DNA of 36,446 bases. Source: a virus. Lineage: Duplodnaviria; Caudoviricetes. The stretch lies in the IMG/VR virus record IMGVR_UViG_3300017774_000740, positions 1 through 36,446 of that record, one strand, 5' to 3'. The position numbers and the translations under genes are program-made. The notes beneath the pieces were generated by a model that made no database searches, was not told the DNA's origin, and saw only the letters and a list, made by a program, of their open reading frames with translations. This document shows positions 24,383 to 31,934 of this stretch, in pieces (position 1 is the stretch's first letter; each line of letters opens with the position of its first letter).

Positions 24383-26023
24383 ATGCCCCAAACCAAGCCA
24401 ACATCTGAACAGGTCACTTTCCTCGCAGCCGGCACGGGCGCGTCCCAGCGCACTGTCCTGGACAAGCTCCGCGATGCCGTGAGCGTCAAAGACTTCGGCG
24501 CGGTGGGAGACGGCACAACGAATGACACGGCTGCAATTCAAGCTGCCATCACCAGCGGGTATTCGCTTGTGTTCCCGGCCGGCACCTATCTCTGCAACAA
24601 CCTGACGCAGTCCACTTCGTATCAGCGGTTCTACGGTCAGGGCGAGGTCCGCATCATCAAGAACGCAAATGGCCCGCTGCTTACTTGCACTGGCCAGGGC
24701 TTGCTGTTTGATGGATTGGTTTTCTATGGCGGACCCGCAAGTGGGTCGGGCCTTACTGGCGACAATCTCGTAACGTCCGGCAACAACATCACGTTCAATG
24801 ACTGCGGTTCCGTATGGGCCACTGGTCGAGCATTGAAGGCGACCGGAAGTGGAAACACCATCAACGGAACTCGCGGCAACTATCAAACCGACGATACGTC
24901 CGCAAGCGGATATGACATCGAAATCGGAAACGTCAGTTCAGCCTCGCTCTACAACCGAATTGAGAATGTAACCACCGGATCGTTCAACGGCGGCATTTAT
25001 CTGAACAACACCGGGGCATCGACGCTATCTGGCATCCAGTGCGGAAAACTGACTTCCTCCGCCCCCCTTACTGCCGGAGCTGGTGGATTCAGCCTGTACG
25101 GCGGTCGCACTGCAAGCATCAAAATTGGTGGCTCATACACCATCCTGATGTCAATCATCCCGACGGTTGGTTCGACGATTACATTTGACGCTGGTACCGC
25201 AAGTTGTTTCGTGTACGTCGCAAATCCATCTGCTTCATACGCGATTACCAACAATGGCAACGCCAACAACGTAATCATCCAAGGAACGAGTGCTGGTTCA
25301 ACAATGGATTTGCGATTCGGCGATACTGCTACTTGGGCCAACACTTTGAAGCTGTACCCGGACGGCCGATGGCTGTTCCCCAATTTCGCAGTGTTTGAAA
25401 GTGGGTACGGGGTCAAGGTAAATGATTCCGGCGGGACCGAACGAACTCTGGCAACAATTAGCAGCACGGATAACTACTCGTTCGGCTCCAGCATTTCGAC
25501 GAACTTCGTCAACGTTGCTGCCGGCGGATCTGTGAACTTGGCGGTTGGCGGAAGCAGCATCGTCACCACTACGACGACTGCTCTGCGACCGTCGGCTGAC
25601 AATGTTACATCGTGCGGTGGACCGTCCCCTAATCGTTGGTCTGTCGTGTATGCGGCGACCGGAACGATCAACACGTCCGATGCTCGCTCAAAGGAGCAGG
25701 TCCGCGCAATCTCGGCAGCAGAGCGTGCAACCGCCATGCAGATCAAGGGCATGCTCTCGGCATTCAAGATGTCTGACGCCGTTGCACGAAAAGGAGATGG
25801 GGCTCGCATCCACTTTGGTGTGATTGCCCAAAATGTCCGCGAGGCCTTCGTGTCCAACGGACTTGATCCGCATACTTACGGGATGTTCTGCCACGATTCG
25901 TGGGACGCTAGTGATTCCATCGTGTCCGATGATGGAACGGTTATCTGTCCTGCCCGTGAAGCCGGAGATCAGTACGGAATCCGTTACGACGAACTGCTCG
26001 CCTTCATCATTGCAGCGATGTGA
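24383..26023 (+). CDS. Tailspike 2: beta-helix plus C-terminal intramolecular chaperone (peptidase S74)
   Basis: VSVKDFGAVGDGTTNDTAAI..FPAGTY; TINTSDARSK cleavage motif, RIHFGVIAQ, YGIRYDELLAF. Confidence 0.92.
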   Translation: MPQTKPTSEQVTFLAAGTGASQRTVLDKLRDAVSVKDFGAVGDGTTNDTAAIQAAITSGYSLVFPAGTYLCNNLTQSTSYQRFYGQGEVRIIKNANGPLLTCTGQGLLFDGLVFYGGPASGSGLTGDNLVTSGNNITFNDCGSVWATGRALKATGSGNTINGTRGNYQTDDTSASGYDIEIGNVSSASLYNRIENVTTGSFNGGIYLNNTGASTLSGIQCGKLTSSAPLTAGAGGFSLYGGRTASIKIGGSYTILMSIIPTVGSTITFDAGTASCFVYVANPSASYAITNNGNANNVIIQGTSAGSTMDLRFGDTATWANTLKLYPDGRWLFPNFAVFESGYGVKVNDSGGTERTLATISSTDNYSFGSSISTNFVNVAAGGSVNLAVGGSSIVTTTTTALRPSADNVTSCGGPSPNRWSVVYAATGTINTSDARSKEQVRAISAAERATAMQIKGMLSAFKMSDAVARKGDGARIHFGVIAQNVREAFVSNGLDPHTYGMFCHDSWDASDSIVSDDGTVICPAREAGDQYGIRYDELLAFIIAAM

Positions 26024-26025
26024 CC

Positions 26026-26250
26026 ATGACCTCCACCCACCACGAAGAACTGTTCCTCGCCATCGGCCGCCTGGAAGGCAAGGTAGATTCCCTGATTGCC
26101 ATGCAGAGCCACCAGCAGGATCAGCTCAAGGAACATGACACACGCATCCGTTCGCTTGAGCATTCGCGGGGCTATATGCTTGGATGGTCAGCGGCCATCG
26201 GAGCGAGCATGAGCCTTGTCGCTAACTATCTCATCCGCGCATTCAACTAA
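26026..26250 (+). CDS. Coiled-coil protein with C-terminal TM helix (XhlA/holin-like)
   Basis: IGRLEGKVDSL...RIRSLE followed by hydrophobic YMLGWSAAIGASMSLVANYLI; start 26020 (GTG) or 26026 (ATG). Confidence 0.65.
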   Translation: MTSTHHEELFLAIGRLEGKVDSLIAMQSHQQDQLKEHDTRIRSLEHSRGYMLGWSAAIGASMSLVANYLIRAFN

Positions 26251-26259
26251 AGGACCAAC

Positions 26260-26802
26260 ATGCCTACCGACATCATCATTGCGACTGACAAGCCAAGTTA
26301 CTTGACGACTGGCCTCGTCACCGCCAGCAGCGGCACTTACGATAACTCTGTCCCGACTGCCACGATCCCTTCTACAACCGGGCAGACGTTCTTGGTTCCG
26401 ACGAACCTGGGCGATAAGCCGAGTCTGCTGCGCTTGACTCCATTCCACAGCGCGAACAATGCGACCACTCCGGGCTTCCGCGTGATCGGTTGGACGACGT
26501 ACACGCAGACGAGCGGAACCCCGGTGTACATCCCGACGCTGCTCGCCGACTGCGCCTGCTCGTACAACGCTACCGCAGGCAGCATCCCGAGCTTGTCGGT
26601 GAACAGTACGACGCAGTACTTCTTCCATGCGGTTACTGTTGGTGCTGGCGTCCCGACCGTGAACGTCTACAGCCCTGGCACGGCAGCTGCTGCTGGCACG
26701 CCGCCCGCCGGCGTGGTCATCGACACCATCGGCATGCAGTACATCACGATTCAGGTTGAGTCCTCGACCGGAACGATGGGTTGCTTCTACGCCTTCCTTT
26801 GA
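26260..26802 (+). CDS. Hypothetical Thr-rich beta protein, possibly virion-associated
   Basis: AAGGA RBS, late-gene-like codon usage, Thr/Ser/Gly-rich. Confidence 0.7.
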   Translation: MPTDIIIATDKPSYLTTGLVTASSGTYDNSVPTATIPSTTGQTFLVPTNLGDKPSLLRLTPFHSANNATTPGFRVIGWTTYTQTSGTPVYIPTLLADCACSYNATAGSIPSLSVNSTTQYFFHAVTVGAGVPTVNVYSPGTAAAAGTPPAGVVIDTIGMQYITIQVESSTGTMGCFYAFL

Positions 26803-26811
26803 AAGATTACG

Positions 26812-28275
26812 ATGCGCGCAATCAGAACTCGGCAACTGTTTGATGGCGGCGACCAGGTGCAGTCCGTATTCGGAAACACCAGGGCATCTACGTTCCTGCG
26901 TGACGCGGCCTCATTCACCGACTCGGTGGACATCATCACCATCGGAGACAGCAATTCAGGTTCGTCGGGAAATTGCGGATACCAATTCGGTCTGGCAACG
27001 GCATGTGCTATGAACGGAATGCCCGTCTACGCGACTCCGCTAGTTATGTGTGCTGGAAACGCGGGAGCGAACAACCGTTCTGGTGGAATGTTTCTGCCGC
27101 TCAACCAGTTCAGTTGGAGTGGCGTTACTGGAAATTTGACAACCCTACGAACAGCAGCGGCAGCATCGAATGCAAATGCACTGGCTATCGAAACTGCACT
27201 CGGATATAGCACATCAAATCTGATTATCCCATATTCGTTCACTTGGGATGGCGCCTTCGTTGCATCCGGCAATACATTTACATCACCAGCGAACGGAACG
27301 CGAGTTCGCGTGTTGCGTCCGTCTACGATGACGGAAGGAACCGGAGCGGGCGGTACATCGTGTCAGTATCGTCTTGTTCATGGCACATTCAATTCCGGCT
27401 CTGGACAATTCAAGTTGCTTGCCATGCGAGGCACAAACACAATCGTGGCCCAGAGCGCAAGTTTCATTTCGACCAACACGGGAACGAATGGATACGCGAC
27501 GGAATATCTGGACTTCACCTCGCCAACGGTTGCTTCTGCTCCGGTTGAGTTCACTTGCGCGTATGACGGATACAACAATACGGCAGCCTCGTACCAAATC
27601 ACCGGGCCATTCTGCGCCCTGTGGCATTCGGTAATTGAGAAGCGCAAGGGCTTCAGCGTGAGCAACCTGTTGTATCAAGGTGGCGCAACTGTTACCAACA
27701 TTGCCGACAAGATCGTTGACATGGGCGACTTGCTGACCTCGTACCTGAAGGAATTGCGCGAACGACAGATCGCCGCTAGCGGTTCTGGGCGCGTAATCGT
27801 CTGGTGCAATGCTGGCGTGAATGGTCCGTCTGATGGTTCTACATGGACAGCGCAGATGGAGCGCATCAGAAATCAGTTCGTTGCCAAGTGGGTCACGACG
27901 CTCGGCTATCCGGCCAACGATCTTGCATTCGTATTATCCGTCACGCATCCGCAGGCAGCTGGAGCGACCGAAACGACGCTTGCCGCAACCAGAGAGACGG
28001 CGAACGCATGGGCGCTCGGTGCCGGATCGAACGTGAGCGTTGTGGATATCTCAAAGCTGTTTACCTATACCAATCTTTCCGCTCGTAGGCTGTATCAAGC
28101 CGTGACCAACACGGAGTCCACAGCACATCTTTGGGAATCAATTACGCCTGGAGCGGGAATCGTAACTGCCACAGATAGATATGCCACGGGATATGGATAC
28201 GACATCCACATCCTGAACAATGGATATTCGGTTGTCGGAAATGCAATCATGAAGGCATTGCTGGCTGCCGAATGA
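26812..28275 (+). CDS. SGNH/GDSL hydrolase-like protein (putative esterase/deacetylase)
   Basis: Block I IITIGDSNS, block II-like YQGGAT, block III-like CNAGVNG, block V-like DIHILNNGY; long Thr/Gly-rich insert between blocks I and II. Confidence 0.7.
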   Translation: MRAIRTRQLFDGGDQVQSVFGNTRASTFLRDAASFTDSVDIITIGDSNSGSSGNCGYQFGLATACAMNGMPVYATPLVMCAGNAGANNRSGGMFLPLNQFSWSGVTGNLTTLRTAAAASNANALAIETALGYSTSNLIIPYSFTWDGAFVASGNTFTSPANGTRVRVLRPSTMTEGTGAGGTSCQYRLVHGTFNSGSGQFKLLAMRGTNTIVAQSASFISTNTGTNGYATEYLDFTSPTVASAPVEFTCAYDGYNNTAASYQITGPFCALWHSVIEKRKGFSVSNLLYQGGATVTNIADKIVDMGDLLTSYLKELRERQIAASGSGRVIVWCNAGVNGPSDGSTWTAQMERIRNQFVAKWVTTLGYPANDLAFVLSVTHPQAAGATETTLAATRETANAWALGAGSNVSVVDISKLFTYTNLSARRLYQAVTNTESTAHLWESITPGAGIVTATDRYATGYGYDIHILNNGYSVVGNAIMKALLAAE

Positions 28276-28338
28276 GGCCGATTCTTTACCCGCCACAGTC
28301 CCACCCCATGCGGGTTTGGGCCTAACGAAAGGAAACAC

Positions 28339-28521
28339 ATGAAGCAGAACTGGAAGACCACTAGCGCGGGCATCGCCGCAATCCTCGTCGCCGTCGGCTC
28401 GGCCCTGAAGGCGTTGACGGACAATGACCCCACCACTGTGCCGGATATTGGTGCGTGCATCGCGGCCATCATGGCTGGCGTTGGCCTGATCCTTGCCAAG
28501 GACGCTAGCAGGGCCGACTGA
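28339..28521 (+). CDS. Holin-like two-TM protein
   Basis: NWKTT start, two hydrophobic helices, GLILAKD end; AAGGA RBS. Confidence 0.7.
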   Translation: MKQNWKTTSAGIAAILVAVGSALKALTDNDPTTVPDIGACIAAIMAGVGLILAKDASRAD

Positions 28522-28691
28522 TGGCTTGGCTCTCACAACTCATTGCTGCAATCGTGGCCGAGGTGCTGGCGCGATTTGGCGGCGACATTGGAAAGGTAAA
28601 GGCAACCGATGCGAAGCACGACAAGGGTTTGCTGTCTCGCGCTGGCGAGCGTGTGCGTGACTGGATGCGCACGAGTCACGTTAGTAAGTGA
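28521..28691 (+). CDS. Putative i-spanin (Rz-like), 56 aa
   Basis: Not in track: MAWLSQLIAAIVAEVLARFGGDIGKVKATDAKHDKGLLSRAGERVRDWMRTSHVSK*; TGATG coupling to the holin; N-terminal hydrophobic segment; overlaps the lipoprotein gene. Confidence 0.55.
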   Translation: MAWLSQLIAAIVAEVLARFGGDIGKVKATDAKHDKGLLSRAGERVRDWMRTSHVSK

Positions 28692-28842
28692 AGGCAGCCC
28701 GGTTCGCATTGGGCCCTCCTGCCAGGTGCGTGTTTACACGCTGACGGCTGATGGCTGGGAGCTTTCGCCCAACACCGTCACGATCCCAGAGGGCTGGTAC
28801 TGCGTGCCACCCAGTTACGTCGAACAGCAAGACCCCAAATAA
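28609..28842 (+). CDS. Lipoprotein, putative o-spanin (Rz1-like)
   Basis: Basic N-terminus, hydrophobic core, lipobox VTG-C, Pro-rich mature part; starts inside the upstream ORF in another frame. Confidence 0.65.
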   Translation: MRSTTRVCCLALASVCVTGCARVTLVSEGSPVRIGPSCQVRVYTLTADGWELSPNTVTIPEGWYCVPPSYVEQQDPK

Positions 28843-28859
28843 CGCTTTCCCGTGTTCGG

Positions 28860-29144
28860 TCATTTTGCTTGCATTCGACGCAGCAATCTGCCAGCAACCA
28901 TTGGGTCGAGTGATGTTCCACGTCTGGCCGGCATGGCGTGTTTGATATTCAGAATGTTTCTCAACTCATCCGCGAACAGCACATCCCCTGACGCTGTTAG
29001 GGTCAGCATTGTTCGCAGAGCATCATGGACGGCTGCAATGTCTGTTGCAACGAGCGCGTGACCATGTGCGTTCATTTGGCCCTGCGCGCTCAGTAGAACA
29101 TCCATCAGGTTTGGTGGTCGTGTAAGTTTCGGCATCCTTGCCAT
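28860..29144 (-). CDS. Hypothetical protein (94 aa)
   Basis: ATG at 29144 (MARMPKL...) preferred because the longer track start crosses a terminator; converges on the late operon. Confidence 0.6.
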   Translation of the reverse strand: MARMPKLTRPPNLMDVLLSAQGQMNAHGHALVATDIAAVHDALRTMLTLTASGDVLFADELRNILNIKHAMPARRGTSLDPMVAGRLLRRMQAK

Positions 29145-29155
29145 GCGCAGATGAT

Positions 29156-29190
29156 ATAAAAACCCCGACCTGACGGAAGCCAGGCCGGGG
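29156..29190 (-). terminator. Intrinsic terminator of the leftward early operon
   Basis: Minus strand CCCCGGCCTGGC-TTCC-GTCAGGTCGGGG-TTTTTAT: 12-bp stem with two G-U plus U tract, just downstream of the stop at 29217. Confidence 0.8.
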
Positions 29191-29216
29191 CGCAGGGAGA
29201 ACATACCTCCCCGAGT

Positions 29217-29711
29217 CTACAGCGAGACAGTGCGGTGGTCGCCAAAGATGTTTTGCAGATCGGCGCTGGGCGACCAGCGCGCAACCCATGCTCCATCTGT
29301 GGATAGCCACGTTTCGTTTCCTGAACCATCAATCCGTGCGATGGCGTACATGATTTCGCTGGCTGCTCTGCACCCACGTCCAAGCATGTCCATTTCCAAT
29401 TCAATCGACTTTGCGATGATTGGACCCAGCGGAGAATCAGCCGTCACGATGTCACGCCGCACGGATTCAATATCCTGCATGGACAGCGTGTGGACCGTTC
29501 CATAATCGCTTTCACCCAGCATGATCCATGCGATGTGCGTGGCCTCCCACGGAACCTCCTGATTGTGCCACAAGACCGTGCGAGTTTGGGAAATTGAAAG
29601 CGCCTGCGAGCCTTTTGAAACAACTCGCATCTGTCCTTCTAGCCGGCGATTGAAACGGAACATCAGAATCGCCAATCCAATCAGTAGCGAAATGATTATC
29701 CATTCAGTCAT
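29217..29711 (-). CDS. Hypothetical membrane-anchored protein (164 aa)
   Basis: Start 29711 overlaps the upstream gene end; N-terminal TM WIIISLLIGLAILMF then a soluble domain. Confidence 0.7.
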   Translation of the reverse strand: MTEWIIISLLIGLAILMFRFNRRLEGQMRVVSKGSQALSISQTRTVLWHNQEVPWEATHIAWIMLGESDYGTVHTLSMQDIESVRRDIVTADSPLGPIIAKSIELEMDMLGRGCRAASEIMYAIARIDGSGNETWLSTDGAWVARWSPSADLQNIFGDHRTVSL

Positions 29712-30042
29712 TGTCCACCCCGAGCCTGGCATCCACGGCTGCCAATAGTTCCCTGGCATCCAACAGCATTTGCTCGCTGCGTGGATGTGGGTTTTCGCCT
29801 AGAGCTGCATCCGCATCCGCCTGCACCTGGCAACGAATCACGTGCTGGTACACGATCACCCTGCACCGTGCGAGTAGGCGGTGCAGGATCTCCTCCTCAA
29901 CTACGGCATTCTGGGATGCTTCGCGCAGTTGGTGAACTGTTGAGGTGCTAACAAACTGAACAGATTTGAGATCGTTTCCGGCGGCAGGAATGGTGGACAG
30001 AATGTCGGAGACGGTTTGTGTTGGGGTCATGGCACGAGCCAT
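29704..30042 (-). CDS. Hypothetical protein
   Basis: Start 30042 (AAGGAG RBS) or 30030 (ATGA coupling); helical; tiles the operon. Confidence 0.65.
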   Translation of the reverse strand: MARAMTPTQTVSDILSTIPAAGNDLKSVQFVSTSTVHQLREASQNAVVEEEILHRLLARCRVIVYQHVIRCQVQADADAALGENPHPRSEQMLLDARELLAAVDARLGVDND

Positions 30043-30161
30043 TGTAGGAACTCCTTGCTCCATGCTCCCGCAAGGAAGCCAGCGATTGACAGGGCACCAA
30101 AGGCATAGCCGAGGTAAAAGTCAGTCAGACTCGGCTCACGAACAGGTTGTGGCTTATTCAC
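30027..30161 (-). CDS. 44-aa single-TM peptide
   Basis: Not in track: MNKPQPVREPSLTDFYLGYAFGALSIAGFLAGAWSKEFLQWLVP*; GGAGG RBS, GTGA overlap at the start and ATGA at the end; fills the gap exactly. Confidence 0.6.
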   Translation of the reverse strand: MNKPQPVREPSLTDFYLGYAFGALSIAGFLAGAWSKEFLQWLVP

Positions 30162-30376
30162 TCGCGACCCTCCGGATAGAGGTCCGCAAACATGTTGTGA
30201 AACAAACGCGATGCCTGTGGGCGCGGATTCAAATTGCGAGCGATCACGCGCTCAATTTGCGACGCCATATCGGCCGAGTCGCCAGACTCATTCATGCAGA
30301 TCAACCGCATGCTGTCGCGAACGAAGGTGGCCTCGGACTCTGTGAGATGAACAACGATAAATTTTGACTGTGACAT
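30158..30376 (-). CDS. Hypothetical protein (72 aa)
   Basis: AGGAG RBS before ATG at 30376 (MSQSKFIVV...). Confidence 0.7.
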   Translation of the reverse strand: MSQSKFIVVHLTESEATFVRDSMRLICMNESGDSADMASQIERVIARNLNPRPQASRLFHNMFADLYPEGRE

Positions 30377-30402
30377 GTGTGTTCTCCTGAAACGGGTTGT
30401 TT

Positions 30403-30419
30403 GCCAGCACCGTGCTGGC
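30403..30419. promoter_or_regulatory. 17-bp perfect inverted repeat (operator-like)
   Basis: GCCAGCAC-C-GTGCTGGC, intergenic just downstream of the HTH gene. Confidence 0.4.
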
Positions 30420-30433
30420 GGGGATGTCATCGG

Positions 30434-30655
30434 TCAACTACGTGACCGACCTTTACGAAATTCGGTGCGATACCCAGACAGGGCTTTGCCGAGTTTTTGA
30501 ATTGCACTTGTGTGATGAAACATCGCCTGCTCCATAGTCAAGCCCATGATTTCTGCACACTCCTCCAGTGATCGGATTGGCTCCGCCGGCCGCAGGCGCA
30601 TCTCTCCGTCGCGCTGCCTTCTGGCCTGGGTGTGGTCAACAATGCGAATTCTCAT
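30434..30655 (-). CDS. Stand-alone sigma70 region 4-like HTH protein
   Basis: SLEECAEIMGLTMEQAMFHHTSAIQKL aligns by eye with sigma70 r4.2 ([27 protein letters not shown]); ATG at 30655 lies at the predicted TSS. Confidence 0.65.
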   Translation of the reverse strand: MRIRIVDHTQARRQRDGEMRLRPAEPIRSLEECAEIMGLTMEQAMFHHTSAIQKLGKALSGYRTEFRKGRSRS

Positions 30656-30661
30656 ATCTGC

Positions 30662-30689
30662 AATGTACATAGATAACACGCAATGTCAA
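30662..30689 (-). promoter_or_regulatory. Leftward early sigma70-type promoter
   Basis: TTGACA (30689-30684), 16-nt spacer, TACATT (30667-30662), 6 nt, ATG. Confidence 0.7.
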
Positions 30690-30775
30690 CATCATCCATG
30701 CGCAATAGGTCGTGACACATATTGGACGCATACACTTTGCATTTATAAATCCATGCAGAATGTGTACGGAACCAC

Positions 30776-30803
30776 TTGCGCTTGTGCCGATACGCTGTAT
30801 TGT
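30776..30803 (+). promoter_or_regulatory. Rightward early sigma70-type promoter
   Basis: TTGCGC (30776-30781), 16-nt spacer, TATTGT (30798-30803), upstream of the bet RBS in the AT-rich divergent region. Confidence 0.55.
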
Positions 30804-30846
30804 GATGCAGCCAAGCCGCGTCGGCGAGGCACAACAGGAGAACACC

Positions 30847-31926
30847 ATGACAATTGCGAAGATGGATAGTGACACGTTGGGGCTGATTGCCCGCACCGTG
30901 GCGAAGGGCTGCTCTGCGGATGAGCTGTCCCTGTTCGGTCAAATTTGCCAGCGCACTGGGCTTGATCCGTTCGCCCGTCAGATTTACGCGGTGAAGCGTT
31001 GGGATAGCCGCGAGAAGCGTGAGGTCATGCAGACTCAGGTCAGCATCGACGGAGCGCGATTGACGGCCCAGCGCAGCGGCGAATACGCCGGCCAGGCTGG
31101 CCCGTTCTGGTGCGGCGATGACGGCATGTGGAAGGACGTGTGGCTGTCGCCGGTCCCGCCAGTTGCGGCGAAAGTCGGCGTCTATCGACGCGGATTCAGC
31201 GAGGCGCTTTGGGGGGTAGCTCTGTGGCGCGAGTACGCGCAGAAGGGCAAGGAAGGCCAACTGATTGGAATGTGGCCGAAGATGCCGAGCCTGATGCTGG
31301 CGAAGTGCGCCGAGATGTTGAGCCTGCGGAAGGCGTTCCCGGCGGAACTCTCGGGCCTTTACGCGGCTGAGGAGATGGGCCAGGCCGACAGCGAACTGCC
31401 GATTCCGACGCAAGCGGTTGCTACCAAGCAGCCGGCCAAGCCAGAACCAATTCTGGTTACAGTTGTTGATAACTCTACCACAATTGCACCGAAGCCCGTT
31501 CAGGCGCAGCAGGATGCCCAGCAAGACATTCCTGCTCCCAAGACTACCAAGACCCAAGCCAAGGCCACGGAACGCGCCACAGCGGCTCCTAGCGCATTTG
31601 GCGAGGTGTTGGCATCTCGGCCGCCAAAGGATTGCGCGTGGCGTGGCGGGTTGACCATCAGGCGAGTCGGACAGGGTAAGCCCACAACAAAGGGGTCGAA
31701 CCGCTACCCCATCCTGCTGGATGTTGGTGGTACAGAGCAGTGGGCTTCCTGCTTCGATGACCGCGTGATGCAAGCAGCGCAGGATGCCCTGGGCGGTCAG
31801 GCCGTCTCGGGGTTCGTGCAGGAGGGCCAGTATGGCTGGACTTTGTACGGCATCCGAACCGTGTTAGAATCCATTGAACAGCAGGCCGCGCCAGTCGCGG
31901 CTGAGGAAGACCACATTCCGTTCTGA
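30847..31926 (+). CDS. bet: ssDNA-annealing recombinase, Bet/RecT family, with extended C-terminus
   Basis: AGGAG RBS; [47 protein letters not shown]...LRKAFP.ELSGLY..EEM. Confidence 0.92.
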   Translation: MTIAKMDSDTLGLIARTVAKGCSADELSLFGQICQRTGLDPFARQIYAVKRWDSREKREVMQTQVSIDGARLTAQRSGEYAGQAGPFWCGDDGMWKDVWLSPVPPVAAKVGVYRRGFSEALWGVALWREYAQKGKEGQLIGMWPKMPSLMLAKCAEMLSLRKAFPAELSGLYAAEEMGQADSELPIPTQAVATKQPAKPEPILVTVVDNSTTIAPKPVQAQQDAQQDIPAPKTTKTQAKATERATAAPSAFGEVLASRPPKDCAWRGGLTIRRVGQGKPTTKGSNRYPILLDVGGTEQWASCFDDRVMQAAQDALGGQAVSGFVQEGQYGWTLYGIRTVLESIEQQAAPVAAEEDHIPF

Positions 31927-31934
31927 CCCCCCGG

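Noticed and set aside
22073-28275. Diversity-generating retroelement, as in BPP-1
   Set aside because: No reverse transcriptase motif and no TR/VR repeat pair seen; the spikes are beta-helix type rather than C-type lectin.
28276-28338. Possible structured RNA before the holin (ACCCGC...GCGGGT)
   Set aside because: Only a 6-bp stem with a large loop; not distinguishable from chance.
30712-30846. N-terminal extension of Bet given by the ORF track
   Set aside because: Runs through the promoter region; an AGGAG RBS supports ATG at 30847.
30652-31773. 373-aa antisense ORF over bet
   Set aside because: Mirror of the well-supported Bet gene; Arg/Leu/Gly-rich shadow composition.
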